A DNA stretch of 64,000 nucleotides, taken from positions 36,456,001-36,520,000 of the forward strand of contig OZ024759.1 of assembly GCA_964016885.1 (NCBI GenBank), written 5' to 3'. The position numbers and the translations under genes were made by a program. How positions within the stretch are numbered: the stretch's first letter is position 1; each line of letters begins with the position of its first letter. Positions 20,817-34,249 of this stretch are shown one piece after another. Source of the DNA: Eledone cirrhosa. Its lineage: Eukaryota. Below the pieces are notes generated by a model, which was not told the DNA's origin, did no database searches, and was given only the letters and a program-made list of their open reading frames with translations.

Positions 20817-22257
20817 CTTAAAAATAAAGACTTTAACATCTGAAACTACTTCGCATTTTCTTATTATATATACACACAAAGACCAGCATCCCTACATATT
20901 ACACAGCCTAATGATGATGATGATGATGGCTACCGTCTAGAGTGTCAAACTCAGAGCTGACCAGGAATTAAACAATATCAACATGCATGGCAAACAAAAA
21001 ATTTCACAGAAATCAGAAATAAAATTATTTATTTACAAAAGAGGAAAAACATATTTAAAATTTTTTGGGCTGATAGATTAAGAGTTAAAATTTTATGTAC
21101 ATATGTTTAAGTATATATAGTGTCCCAATAGACACCCTGTATATACAAATATTCACATTTCATACAAACTAAACTTTACATCATATTTTATACAAGAACC
21201 TTCATATGTTACGTTCCAAATATCAACTTAATAATGGAAAAATTGGTTGTATTATTGAGTCTTTCCTTGATTATATTAAAAATTATAGTCTTTCATTAAA
21301 AATATGGTAAAGAAATTGTTAAAATCTTTATATATATATATATATATACATACACACACACATATATATATGTATATATATATATATATAAATACTGGTA
21401 ATTTTGTTTAAAAGTCTTTGTTCCAAACACTAACTTGCGTTAGTAAATGCCTCCTGATACTTATTTATTTTCAAATTATTTGAAAGACACATGTACCATT
21501 AACGCAATTCTCAGGGAGATTCAGTATAGCAGTGTGCGACCAAACTTATTTGTTTTACCAGCTGTGGACTGAAGAAGTGAAATAAAGTGTCTTGCTCAAA
21601 GACACAACACTACCACTGAGAATCGAACATTTATTTATTTACTTAAGACAGAAGAATGCTGAACTGATGGTTTTGGAAAGACTTTGATATATAAGGATAT
21701 TAGTGCCTGAGCATTCCACAGCCACGTATCTTTCATGTAATTCTCAGGGAGATTCAGAATTATTCAATATGTTACAACTCTTGTCCCGTATAAATTAGAC
21801 AGAACTCATATTTTATTAGATGACAATATTTTGTTGGTGACTAAAGTTAAAATAAGAAAAAAACATAACATTTTTAATGAAATGTATATATATATACACA
21901 TCTATATACATATTTAAGTACACATACTATTGTAACAGCTTATCACATATACACACTACTGTAACAGTTTATCACACACATACTATTGTAACAGTTTATC
22001 ACGCACACTACTGTAAGTTTATCTCACATACACACACTACTCTAACAATTTATCACACACACACACATTATTGTAACAGTTTATCACATACACTATTGTA
22101 AGTTTATCTCACACACTATTGACAAAGTTTATCACACATACACACACTACTCTAACAATTTATCACACACACAAGCACAATATTAAAGCAGAGAGTGGTA
22201 AAACCAGATCTTTCATTCTAAAAAAAGTTCTGTCCGAATAAATCAACTTCAACGTAA

Positions 22258-25200
22258 CTAACAAGAAACAGCATCAGCTGGTTCTTCCATCTTAATATCA
22301 TTATCATCATCATCTTCTATAGCTTCACGTCTTGCAGACCTAGTTCTATGTCGACTCGGTGTAATGTTCCAGACCTTTTTAGCTTCATCCATCTTGGTTG
22401 GTAAACTAAAACGGATAATATTTTCTGTGGCATTGTCTTGCTCTTGGGAAGTCTGTCTGGCCGACTGGAAAGAAGAGGAGTGCCTCAAACTGTTCGGGGA
22501 ATTGCATATAATGGGTGAAAGCAGGCCTGTGCTGAGGTCTTTGTCGCAACCAAATGTAATATTTGTCCTGCTTGTAATACGTGGTGTACTTACAGCTCGA
22601 TTCATGTAATTATTTTCTGTCTGTCTTGTCTTCAAAGGATTGTTTGTAGAGCTATCAGAAGTTGCTCCATGGGAGAGCTGCTGTTTTTCACCATTCCTCA
22701 ACCGAAGTCTCTCAATTGATTTCCTTGCAGAATTCAAAATTGCTTTCCTAGTTAAGGAAACATCCTCTGTTTTACTACCAGGATTTTCAGTGGGACCAGG
22801 AAGTTGGTTTGAATTATGGTTGTTATTCACATCCTCAATTTCTTGCCGAGGTGAATGACCATTTTCAGCAGCTCCTTGTCGTTGCTGTTCTTCTTCTCCA
22901 TTTTGTTGTTCTTGTTCTTGTTCCTCTTCAAACTTACGTAAATCATATTCAATTTCCTCAGCAAGTTGCTTGTCTGTACCTAGAATTTGCTGAATTTCAT
23001 TTTTGAAGTCCTTAATCAGCTCCCTGAGGTATAACATTAACTCTCTCAGAACTGGAGACCGTTTAGTCTCCAAGACAAGCTTCAGTGACTTCACAATTGG
23101 AACTATGTTATTCACCAAATTTTTCTTCATCACTTTGGAAATTAGGTTTTTGTTCATTTTAGCAATAACGGCTGCAGCCATTTCTTCTTCGTCCATATTG
23201 TCTTCATTCTGTTTGTTGAGTATCAGAGATATTTTGATATCTTTACTAGCGAGGATGATAAGAGAATCCTGCAACACAATAGAACCATCTGTGTCCAGTT
23301 CAATAATTCCATCGACAACTCCTGCAAGGATTTCCTGATTTAGTTTAGAAGACAAGTTTATCTTATGTTCATCAGTCATGTGCTGAAGCATAAACGTATA
23401 AAGACGCCATCGTTGTTCGAATTTGGATTTTCCATGTAGATCAATATTTTTATTGTTTTGGTCCTGAGTAAATCGGTTATACATGGGATGTTTCTGGTAA
23501 CGGTTGAAGTAGAAGATACATTCTATGAAATGGGAGAACATTATGTTTGGGTTACGAACCAGCAAGCAATGAACAAAACAAAACTCTGAGAACTTCTGTA
23601 GTTCTATTTGGTCATCCAAGTACGTCGTGATGAAATGGTAAAACAGTGGACCTTTCCATTTAAGGTAATCTTCTTGGATGAGCATGGTCAACAGTGTCAT
23701 AGTTTGTTTTCTGATCAATGGAGAAACATCGTTTAGACATGCTGCCACCTTGGAGATATACTGATCAACAAGGGTTGTGTAACGTATGCACAGGTCACAC
23801 AAAATGAAAACCACGTTGTTGCGAATTGCTTCCTCTGATGAGGTTTCCAATTCTCTTACAAGTGCTGGAACACACTTCTTCGCAAGGTCCTCGTTCTGAA
23901 GGCAAAGTTTTCCAAGTGTAATGAAAGCATGCCCTCTAACACGGCTACTTAACCCAGAGCCTGCGAAACCAAGTAACTTGTCTTTGTTTAATTTCCTTTT
24001 CAATTCAGCATCCTCTTTACTTGTGCTTATTAATGGCTGAGAAGCAGCTGTTTCTTGGGAAAATTTTAATTCAAAATCTGAAATGAAAGAAGAAGCAATG
24101 ATGCTCTGTACCACCAACAAAATATGTTTGATGGGATACGAAGGGTGTAGTTGGCACACGTCTCCAAGAGTAAACAAATGACAAATGAGTTTCTCATCAT
24201 CAATAGAGGTATCTGCATTTTCAGACAAGATTAATTTCGACAAATATTTATCAGAAGCTGTTATCAAATCCTTGCATAAGGTTGTCAATGTATTCTTCTT
24301 AAACTGTTTATCTTCAGTTAGTTTCTTGATGGTTGTTATAGTTATAGAGATTAAGTCCACTGGAGAACAAAACTGCAGCAAACGTTCGCTAAGATCAGCC
24401 ACAAGATTTTGCTTTTCTTTAAAAGGCACTGATTCCGCCATATTCAATAAGACTTTCAGAACATATTTAAGAGTTAACATACTCTTAGTACTGCTTACTG
24501 ATGAACAATTTTCATTCCAAAACTGAACCACAAAACTGCAATCAAATGTGATATTTGCTGAGGAAAGTTCAGCAAGCATCATCCAAACAGCATTGTTATG
24601 ACTTGTACCAATGTGAGTTTTAAGGACGTTAATGTGAGACACTTTGATCAGCTTTAACCTTGCCCACTGACTAACAGCTCGTTGAAAATATCTCCGTAGA
24701 CTTTCTTCTTCTTCTCCAGCCATTATTTGTAGTAAACTCCATGTTATTTGGTACCGTTCCGACAGAGACTTGTTGTATGTACACAGATTCTGAAGAAGGA
24801 CCTCCTCAAGACACTTCATACATTTTTCCTGGAGAGTTGTTTCACAATCCAGAATTAAAGGCAAAACCCCATCAAGCCAAGCTTTCTGAACTAAATAACA
24901 CGTTGGTAGATCCATTAAAAGGGTGTTGAGGGACTGCAAAGCTTGCTTACGGACAGCCAAAGATGGGTCCCGGCATCTTTCTTCCAAGATTTGCACACCT
25001 ATTTGACAGTTGTCCTGCAACAATCGTACCAGACTTTCAAAAGCCTGAAGTGAGGATTTTCTCACAAAAACCTTTTCATCGGCTGCCCTTCTTTTCAGCA
25101 TTGACAGAATACTGTTGCTATCTGAAAGATTGTTATTTGAGAGATTGTTATTTACTGGGTTCAGAGATGGAGTCTGTCCAGTGAAGACAAGACTTTGATT

Positions 25201-26796
25201 AGAAGGGGTATCATTTTCAGAATCTGCAGGAGTGGAGTCACCATTCACTTGTTTCTCATTGGAAACTTGAGGGGTTGTGTTTTCAGTTTCTATAGTTGGA
25301 AGACTTTCCATACTTGAAACGTTTGTGTCTTCTTTTGTATTATTTTGTGACAGGAACAGACTTAGGCACACGTTTACAATGGCTTGATTCTTTGATCCAA
25401 GACATTGGGAAAAGATCACGATTGCCCTTGAACGAACTGATGAAGCAATGTCTGAACAATGATTAACAATGCATCTGATGTGATGTTTGTATGTTAAATA
25501 TTCTTGTAGGTTGTCAGGAACATCATCTACTGCTTGTGGTTCAGCTTTCAAAAGTAGGAAATAGAAAATTTCGAGAGCCATCATACGGTTGTTAGCTTTT
25601 GACGTATTTATCAACACACCAACCCATTTCACCATTTTAGCATAATTGACTAAATCAAAACAATCCATAACAGTGATGATAGATTCGGCCACCTTGTTTC
25701 TGTAATCTGTTTTGTCAGGAGCTTTAGTACACAAATGCTGGAGTAGTGTCCGAGTGCCTTGCATGGCAGTGTCTTTGTTTTGGCGAAAAATGTCGCATAC
25801 AAACAAAATAGAATTCAGTCGACAATGAGAATAAGCTGCGTTAACGTTTTGGGAGAAAACCGTTTTGTTGTTGAGTCCGAGCATCAAAATACTACGCAAC
25901 AATTGTTTATATACCATGTTTATAACTGTAGGAGAGCCGGAACATAACTGCTTAAGGGCAACATACGCTAGCTCGACTGGGTGTTCAGCCGTGGAAATAT
26001 CAAAATTACGGCAAATGTGACTGTTCAAATTAGGGTGAGGACGGATGAGTTCAGCCATAACTTGGATGCTTTTAAGGACAGAAGAATCGGATCCACGCAG
26101 AGAAAAATTCTGAAGAAATTGAATAAAAGATTTCAACGCACCGACTAAGGCTTTCTGTAAAATAAAGATATCATCCGGAGAAAGATACTCGGCATCGCTC
26201 TCATCACTTTCGTCATCTTCCTCCATATTATCGAATACAACAACAGATGATTTACTCGTTTTACTACTTTTGGCGCGTATATTCTTCTGAGATTTTTTCT
26301 GAATGTGTTTTCGTTTCTTGTTTCCTTGTGCGCTCGAAGTCGTCCATCTACGCAACACATCTAGACACAAATTTAACAACATCGGATTAAAAATTTTGAA
26401 AGCGCCACTACCAGCTATGGAGACGAGTTGGAAATAATTACAAGAAGCTAACAGACCTGCGTATCTTTTTGATGTACCCACTCTGGTTTTGGAAGCAGAT
26501 TCTATTAAATATGCCAGATATGCGATGAGATGTTTGTATGAAATATCACTTTCTACTAAAACCGTCCAAAAACTCACATCGGTCGATTCTGTGTTTATAC
26601 AATGATCGAGTGAAGAGCTTAGTCTAATGAGTTCTTCACTGTACATGTTGTTTTCTTCCAAATCATTTATCAGATCTTCCGAAATAGAATCCAATTCGAC
26701 GAAATCTTTTCCCCAGGCCGATCTAACCCAGCTATCCTCCAGGTTATCAAGAGGTAAAACATTTAGAATTTCGATAACTTGCTTACTGCCCGCCAT
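22258..26796 (-). CDS. NCAPD3: Condensin-2 complex subunit D3 (HEAT-repeat, Cnd1-type C-terminal domain), single exon, 1512 aa
   Basis: Uninterrupted 4.5-kb ORF with GGCG-rich start context. Motifs DEKVFVRKSSLQ, RCRDPSLAVRKQALQSL, RGHAFITLGKLCLQNEDLAKKCVPALVREL, IRNNVVFILCDLCIRYT, LIQEDYLKWKG and DKQLAEEIEYDLRK are typical of CAP-D3. Confidence 0.92.
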   Translation of the reverse strand: MAGSKQVIEILNVLPLDNLEDSWVRSAWGKDFVELDSISEDLINDLEENNMYSEELIRLSSSLDHCINTESTDVSFWTVLVESDISYKHLIAYLAYLIESASKTRVGTSKRYAGLLASCNYFQLVSIAGSGAFKIFNPMLLNLCLDVLRRWTTSSAQGNKKRKHIQKKSQKNIRAKSSKTSKSSVVVFDNMEEDDESDESDAEYLSPDDIFILQKALVGALKSFIQFLQNFSLRGSDSSVLKSIQVMAELIRPHPNLNSHICRNFDISTAEHPVELAYVALKQLCSGSPTVINMVYKQLLRSILMLGLNNKTVFSQNVNAAYSHCRLNSILFVCDIFRQNKDTAMQGTRTLLQHLCTKAPDKTDYRNKVAESIITVMDCFDLVNYAKMVKWVGVLINTSKANNRMMALEIFYFLLLKAEPQAVDDVPDNLQEYLTYKHHIRCIVNHCSDIASSVRSRAIVIFSQCLGSKNQAIVNVCLSLFLSQNNTKEDTNVSSMESLPTIETENTTPQVSNEKQVNGDSTPADSENDTPSNQSLVFTGQTPSLNPVNNNLSNNNLSDSNSILSMLKRRAADEKVFVRKSSLQAFESLVRLLQDNCQIGVQILEERCRDPSLAVRKQALQSLNTLLMDLPTCYLVQKAWLDGVLPLILDCETTLQEKCMKCLEEVLLQNLCTYNKSLSERYQITWSLLQIMAGEEEESLRRYFQRAVSQWARLKLIKVSHINVLKTHIGTSHNNAVWMMLAELSSANITFDCSFVVQFWNENCSSVSSTKSMLTLKYVLKVLLNMAESVPFKEKQNLVADLSERLLQFCSPVDLISITITTIKKLTEDKQFKKNTLTTLCKDLITASDKYLSKLILSENADTSIDDEKLICHLFTLGDVCQLHPSYPIKHILLVVQSIIASSFISDFELKFSQETAASQPLISTSKEDAELKRKLNKDKLLGFAGSGLSSRVRGHAFITLGKLCLQNEDLAKKCVPALVRELETSSEEAIRNNVVFILCDLCIRYTTLVDQYISKVAACLNDVSPLIRKQTMTLLTMLIQEDYLKWKGPLFYHFITTYLDDQIELQKFSEFCFVHCLLVRNPNIMFSHFIECIFYFNRYQKHPMYNRFTQDQNNKNIDLHGKSKFEQRWRLYTFMLQHMTDEHKINLSSKLNQEILAGVVDGIIELDTDGSIVLQDSLIILASKDIKISLILNKQNEDNMDEEEMAAAVIAKMNKNLISKVMKKNLVNNIVPIVKSLKLVLETKRSPVLRELMLYLRELIKDFKNEIQQILGTDKQLAEEIEYDLRKFEEEQEQEQQNGEEEQQRQGAAENGHSPRQEIEDVNNNHNSNQLPGPTENPGSKTEDVSLTRKAILNSARKSIERLRLRNGEKQQLSHGATSDSSTNNPLKTRQTENNYMNRAVSTPRITSRTNITFGCDKDLSTGLLSPIICNSPNSLRHSSSFQSARQTSQEQDNATENIIRFSLPTKMDEAKKVWNITPSRHRTRSARREAIEDDDDNDIKMEEPADAVSC

Positions 26797-26915
26797 AGTT
26801 TGAATTTTAGCCTCGTTTTCGATTCCAATGAAGAGCTCCTATGTTACCTCCCTTGAAACTTTAAGCGATGTCAGTTCAGCCACTAGAGGTCACTATGTGT
26901 ATTTCATTGGCCGTT
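26797..26915 (-). promoter_or_regulatory. Putative NCAPD3 proximal promoter with CHR-like, CCAAT and CTCF-like motifs
   Basis: TTTGAA at 26799-26804, CCAAT at 26825-26829, ATTGG at 26906-26910 and CAGCCACTAGAGGTCACTA at 26877-26895, all directly upstream of the ATG. Confidence 0.45.
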
Positions 26916-27974
26916 GTCCTCTAACAGGTTGCATTCGCTTCTAGAAATAACAGTCTAATTCATCTCATATCTTGATAAATAAAAACCAAGGCCACATTAA
27001 ATCTGTAGTTTTATATATGCTATAACTGAAAATAAGGTGGCTTGGTAATCACTGAAATGTTTTATATCGTATACTCTCAGGTCTTGAATAATCGTCCCCA
27101 CTGTTTATTAAATTTTGCTACTCTATCTCGGGAAAAGGTTTGTGTTGTTGTGATCCATATCAATATAGGGCGTTCCTTACTTTTATCGGTGTCAAGAATG
27201 AAAGTAAATATAGCAGCTGGAGAATCTAATAATTGTTTCTACTTTTGGCACAAGGCCAGCAATTACCTCAGTACATTACTGGTACTTTATTTATCGACCC
27301 CGTAAGGATGAAAGGCAAAGTTAAGCTCGACGGGATTTGAAGTCAGACCGCAATGGGACGTAACTCTATGCTAGAAAGCATGGCGTCCAACCTTCTACCG
27401 ATACTGCCAATTCACCGTCCTAATAGAATCTAATACTACAAATCCCGCTGAGGTTAACTTTGCCTTTCATCCTTACGGGGTCGATAAAATAAAGTACCAG
27501 TAATGTACTGAGTAATTGCTGGCCTTGTGCCTAAAGTAGAAACAGTTATTTTACGTTTTAATAAAATTATATATCACAAAAGAAGAATATTACAAGAAAT
27601 CCCCTTTTTTTATACGTACACTATACAACTTTTTCTCCACATATCCCTATTTGTCAATTGCTAGTATGTGTATTCAGGGACAAATTTTATAGGTCATTTT
27701 GCTATGATCACTTTATAATCATTGAAAACTGTAAATGTAATATGACCTGCTTGGATTCAAATTGTATTTTCTGACCATTTTAGAGTGAAAAGAGCTAACT
27801 AAATTGACCAAATTTGACCCACACCCCACCCTAATTCAGAAATGCTTCCACCGCCCCTGATCATGCTGAATCTTCCTGAGAATTACGTGAAAAGTACACG
27901 TGGCTGTGGATAACTTTTTATCATGTTTACGGGTGTAAAAGAATTCTATCCTTACAGTTTCTTCTTTGCTCACT

Positions 27975-29420
27975 TATCCCTAACCCTAAACGTAACCCAT
28001 TTGCAAAGTCAAGATATATCACATTTATATGTGAGCTGTCCAGCAGTTGTTTCAGTACCCAGTCATAGTGTTGTGAAAGTTGTGTAAGGCAGCTTCTTCC
28101 TGGGCGAAAGCAATACTGAGTGCTAGTTAGGCAGTCATTTTCCTCAAAGAGCATGATCAGTTTCTTTCTGATAATTTGTTCCATCACCTTACTAATGTGA
28201 CGTCTGGGAGACTGGCCTGAATATTTTAGTCTCTGCTCTGCTTCCTCCTTTATGAGTAAGGCATATTAGGCCTTTTTTTTTTTTAGCTCTCTGGGTAGTT
28301 TACCTTCAGAAGAGGATCTTCAATTTTTTTTTTTCTTAAGGCATGCTTGCTGGGAATCCATCAGGTCCAGCAGTTGAGTTTGTTCTCATTTCTTCTATGG
28401 CTGATATCACATCTTCCTCCGTTATGTCTATGTGATTGATGGTCACCATTTCTTCATGGAGTGTTGTGGCATCAAAGAAATCCTTTGGCTTTGTTATTTG
28501 CATGTGCCTCATTGGAGGTGTGAAAACACTTTTGTACTGTTCATTCAGTATTTCACTTATCTCTTGGTGATCCTCGGTCAATGAACTATTTTTATGGAAA
28601 AATGGCCCAATCTTGTAGTATACCAAGGCAGTCTCTTTTGCAAATTTAAAGAAGGCCTTAGAGTTTGTTTTAATATTTTCTGTGGCCCTGGGTTTTCTCT
28701 CTGCCCTCTCCTTATCATGGGAAAGTTTGAGTGCAGTTTCAATTTCAAAAAGTGCCCGTTTCAGATAGGGTTTCTTCTTGTTCTTCTGTTGTGTATTTAA
28801 CAGGTTTGAGATCTTAGTTCTTCATCTCATAAGGATTTTCCTGTCTCTGGGAATAAGATTTTTGTGTCCATTGACCTTTTTCTCTGGGACAAACTTATGG
28901 CATATGGTTTGTATTGTCATGAAATGTTGAAATTGTGCATTGGTGTCTTGTGTGGTGGTGTTGTCACTCCAGATTTGCTTCAGGATCTCCTCCTGGTTTT
29001 TTTTCCAGTTAGTCTTGTGAAAGTTTAGGCTGGTTAGAGTCCCAGTGCTTCCTAATGGTTGCATCTCTACTGACTCCCTTGGACTATATATCATTAGTTC
29101 TACTAATTTATGATCCAAGAAAATCGTTGGTGTCACCTTTACATTGTAGATGAGCACTATATTATTTGTAAAGCAGAGGTCCAGGACATTCTCTTGTTTG
29201 GTGGAGTACTGCTTGTTCCATGAACAGCCTGTGTATGAGAGCCAGCAGGAACTCTGTTCGTGTGTTGTCATTCCTGGGAGGAGGCATCCCTCAGGCCATT
29301 TGACCTTTAGTAGGTAAAAGTCTCCCACCAGCAGTATGTTGTGACTCTGATCTAGTTTGTGAAGGCCTTCTTCCATCTTTCTGAGTATCTTCAAACTTAC
29401 TTTCATGAGTGAGTCTGGCA
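27975..29420 (-). mobile_element. Degenerate CR1/L2-like LINE ORF2 fragment (APE endonuclease end to RT motif A)
   Basis: LLVGDF..., NVLDLCFTNN, FLDHKLV, AGPDGFPA, QYCFRPGRSCLTQL and VIYLDFA in broken frames. Confidence 0.8.
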
Positions 29421-30027
29421 GCCTATATGTGACACATTACCATTTTCAATTGCTTCATATATACTATCAGTGTGTTACAGACCGAGTTGGAATGTGTCAA
29501 CAATACAATAAAAATATACATGTGCATGTACGCATAATATATACGTATGTACATGTACATAAATCGAACATGCTTCACTAGATTTATAATGTACGAGTAA
29601 TTGAATGACGGACCCCGGCTGATTTGAGAGAAAAGCTGGGCATTGGAAGATAAATGCATGTGTGCAGATATTTGGTTCAAATATAGTCAAGGAGAGGTAA
29701 TCAAAACAAGTCTTACATTGTCAACTGTCGTCTGTTGAGGTATTTAATCAATTTAAAACTCAGCCGGGATCTATCGTTCAATTACTCGTACGTTATAAAT
29801 CTCCTAAAACATGTTCAATCCATGTACATATACATACCTGTATATTATGCATAGTCGCATACACACACATGTATATATAATGTGAAATGAAACTGGAAGG
29901 CCCATATATATACGTGTGTGTATGTATACACACATTTATAAATGTGTGTATACATATATATGTGTGTGTATACATATATATATATATAAATGTGTGGGTG
30001 TCTGTGATCTATATACACTGGTCATAG

Positions 30028-30076
<49 letters not shown>

Positions 30077-31366
30077 CATACAACACCACCAGCTCTCTTT
30101 CTCTCTTCCATTCTCCTTTTCCTTCTCTCTCTATGTCTCCCTTTCAATCTACTCTGTCACAACCACAGTCTCTTTCTCTCTCTCTGTTTATCAAGGTACC
30201 CGGAAAAACCCCATATCTCGGGAACCCGTGTACCGATTTGCACAAAACTTGTTTTATTCCATTTGTATTCCCATTTCAGGGTCAACTTCCTTTCAAAGTA
30301 TTTCCCATTATGCTCCCCTTTCGCTGTATTACATTACAGACAAGCAATCACAATATAGAAATATAGTGACAAAAGTGTTAAAGAAAAAAACAAAACAGTT
30401 TTAATGAAAATTGTATTTTATTATATTCCAACTATTTTTTTTTTTTTTTATCATTTAGGGGAAGGGGTTGCTAGTCACAATCACATCGCTATACAGATTT
30501 ATATACACACATCTATATACATATTTAAATACATCACACATAACCATATGAAAGTATATACACATACACACATACACAAATATGCATTGATTAAAAATCG
30601 ATATTTTCGTGTAAATTCGTATTAAATGATTTAAACAATAAAGATATATATATATATATATATATTGAGAGAGTATTTATAATTAAGTGCAAGGAGGAAA
30701 GGATGGTGAGAGGGTGGGGTGAATGTCTGGCCACACCAGATATTGAACCTTGCATTACCAACTGTTTGGGCAGCTCTGCTAACCATTGTACACACACATA
30801 AATATATATATGCATACACACAGATATGCATATATACATTTACATACATATATAGACATGCGTATACATAATATATATACACATATATACACACACACAC
30901 ATATATAAACATACACATACATGTACATACACATATATACACATACATATATACACATATATACACATACATATATACACACATACACATACATAGATAT
31001 AGATATATACACATACATATATACACACATACACATACATAGATATAGATATATACACACATACACATACATAGATATATATATACACATACAAATATAC
31101 ACACATACATAGATATATATATATACACATACATATATACACATATATATATACATATATATATATACATACATACACATATATACATACATACACATAT
31201 ATACACATACATACACATACACATATATACATACATACACATATATATATATATACATACATACACATACATATATATATACATACATACATACATACAC
31301 ATACATATATATATACATACATACACATATATACACATACATACACATATATACACATACATACAC

Positions 31367-31397
<31 letters not shown>

Positions 31398-31410
31398 CAC
31401 ATATATATAT

Positions 31411-31499
<89 letters not shown>

Positions 31500-32345
31500 C
31501 ATACACATATATATGGTGGCTGCCAACTCGTTTTCGAGTACGGCCACTACTTTATATCCATGTAGGAGAACCCCTACTGATGCGCTGAACGAGTGTGACT
31601 TTTTAGTCCAGCCAGCGACTTGAAAACTCTGGTACAAAGACTACACTTGTGACAATTATTGACACATAGTGTTGGGCCCATGGTACCATGTGACGACAAG
31701 TGCAGAGAGATCTCCAGATATAAAGCAATGCCTGTGCCGTGAAGCTTTTATAGTGAGCAAAGGCACTGCACAAAGCCAGTCCCACTCTCTTAACCAAGAT
31801 GATATTTACCAAAAAGAAGAACAAGTCAACATCATTGGATACCATCAGGGTTGCAGGTGTTATATCAGAGTTTTCCTTCTCCTAGAATTCTGCCTTGACA
31901 AAGGCTAAGGGGTCATCTCTCCCGGTGATTTTGGATTGCCATTGACTCTTAAGAGCTCCTTTGCCCTTTGACAGGTTTTGTTTTTAGTCCTGCAGGATGT
32001 CCAAAGTCACCCTCCTCACCGAGAAACCTTGGTGGGGTTGCCAGTTTAGTCACCAATGACCCGACCATGAGACAGGTTGTACTGGGATACATGTTACCAG
32101 TAGCACCAACTATATATACATACATAAATATACACATATACATACATACATACATACACATATATATATACATACATATATATATACATACATACATACA
32201 CATATATACATACATACATACACATATATATATACATACATACATACATACATACACATATATACATACATACATATGTACATATATAAATATATGTACA
32301 TACATATATATATACAAATATATATATATATACACATATATATAT

Positions 32346-32415
<70 letters not shown>

Positions 32416-32487
32416 ACATACACATATATATATATACATACATACACATATATATATATATACGTATATACATACATATACATACAT

Positions 32488-32526
<39 letters not shown>

Positions 32527-32635
32527 CATACACATATATATATATATATACATACACATATATATATATACGTATATACATACATATACATACATACACA
32601 CATATATATATATACATACATATACATACATACAT

Positions 32636-32676
<41 letters not shown>

Positions 32677-32680
32677 CATA

Positions 32681-32714
<34 letters not shown>

Positions 32715-32756
32715 CATACATACACACACATATATATATATATATATACATACATA

Positions 32757-32790
<34 letters not shown>

Positions 32791-32803
32791 CATACACATA
32801 CAT

Positions 32804-32840
<37 letters not shown>

Positions 32841-32889
32841 CATATACATACATACACATATATATATATATACATACATATACATACAT

Positions 32890-32924
<35 letters not shown>

Positions 32925-32978
32925 CATATACATACATACACACATATATATATATATATACATACATACACATACATA

Positions 32979-33009
<31 letters not shown>

Positions 33010-33109
33010 ACATATACATACATACACACACATATATATATATATATATACATACATACATACACATACATACACACACATATATATATATATATATACA
33101 TACATACAT

Positions 33110-33142
<33 letters not shown>

Positions 33143-33194
33143 CATACATATACATACATACACATACATATATATATATATATATACATACATA

Positions 33195-33225
<31 letters not shown>

Positions 33226-33236
33226 ACATATACATA

Positions 33237-33267
<31 letters not shown>

Positions 33268-33325
33268 ACATATACATACATACACATATATATATATATA
33301 TATATATACATACATATACATACAT

Positions 33326-33360
<35 letters not shown>

Positions 33361-33410
33361 CATATACATACATACACATATATATATATATACATACATA
33401 TACATACATA

Positions 33411-33441
<31 letters not shown>

Positions 33442-33456
33442 ACATATACATACATA

Positions 33457-33487
<31 letters not shown>

Positions 33488-33533
33488 ACATATACATACA
33501 TACACATATATATATACATACATATACATACAT

Positions 33534-33567
<34 letters not shown>

Positions 33568-33621
33568 ACATATACATACATACACACATATATATATATA
33601 TATACATACATACACATACAT

Positions 33622-33662
<41 letters not shown>

Positions 33663-33675
33663 CATATACATACAT

Positions 33676-33720
<45 letters not shown>

Positions 33721-33843
33721 CATATACATACATACACACATATATATATATATACATACATACATATATACATACATATACATACATACACACATATATA
33801 TATATATACATACATACACATATATATATATACATACATACAT

Positions 33844-33900
<57 letters not shown>

Positions 33901-34249
33901 AACATACATATACATACATATATAAACATACATATACATACATATATATACATATACATACATATATATACATATACATACATACATATACATACATATA
34001 TACATATATAATAATAATAATAATTGTTTCTACTTTTGGCACAAGGCCAGCAATTACCCAGTGCATTACTGGTACTTTTATCGACTCTGCAAGGATGAAA
34101 GGCAAAGTTAACATTTATAGTTATGTATATAGTATAAACAAGTATAAACAGGAAGGTCAGTAATTTCTTAATTACCTTATTACCAGTAAGAGAAATAGCT
34201 CAATGTATGAACATCAGTTGTTTTACAGAGCAGTTAAATAAATAAATTT

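Noticed and set aside
22364-26360. Small ORFs overlapping NCAPD3
   Set aside because: Antisense or alternate-frame shadows of the long CDS with no recognisable motifs.
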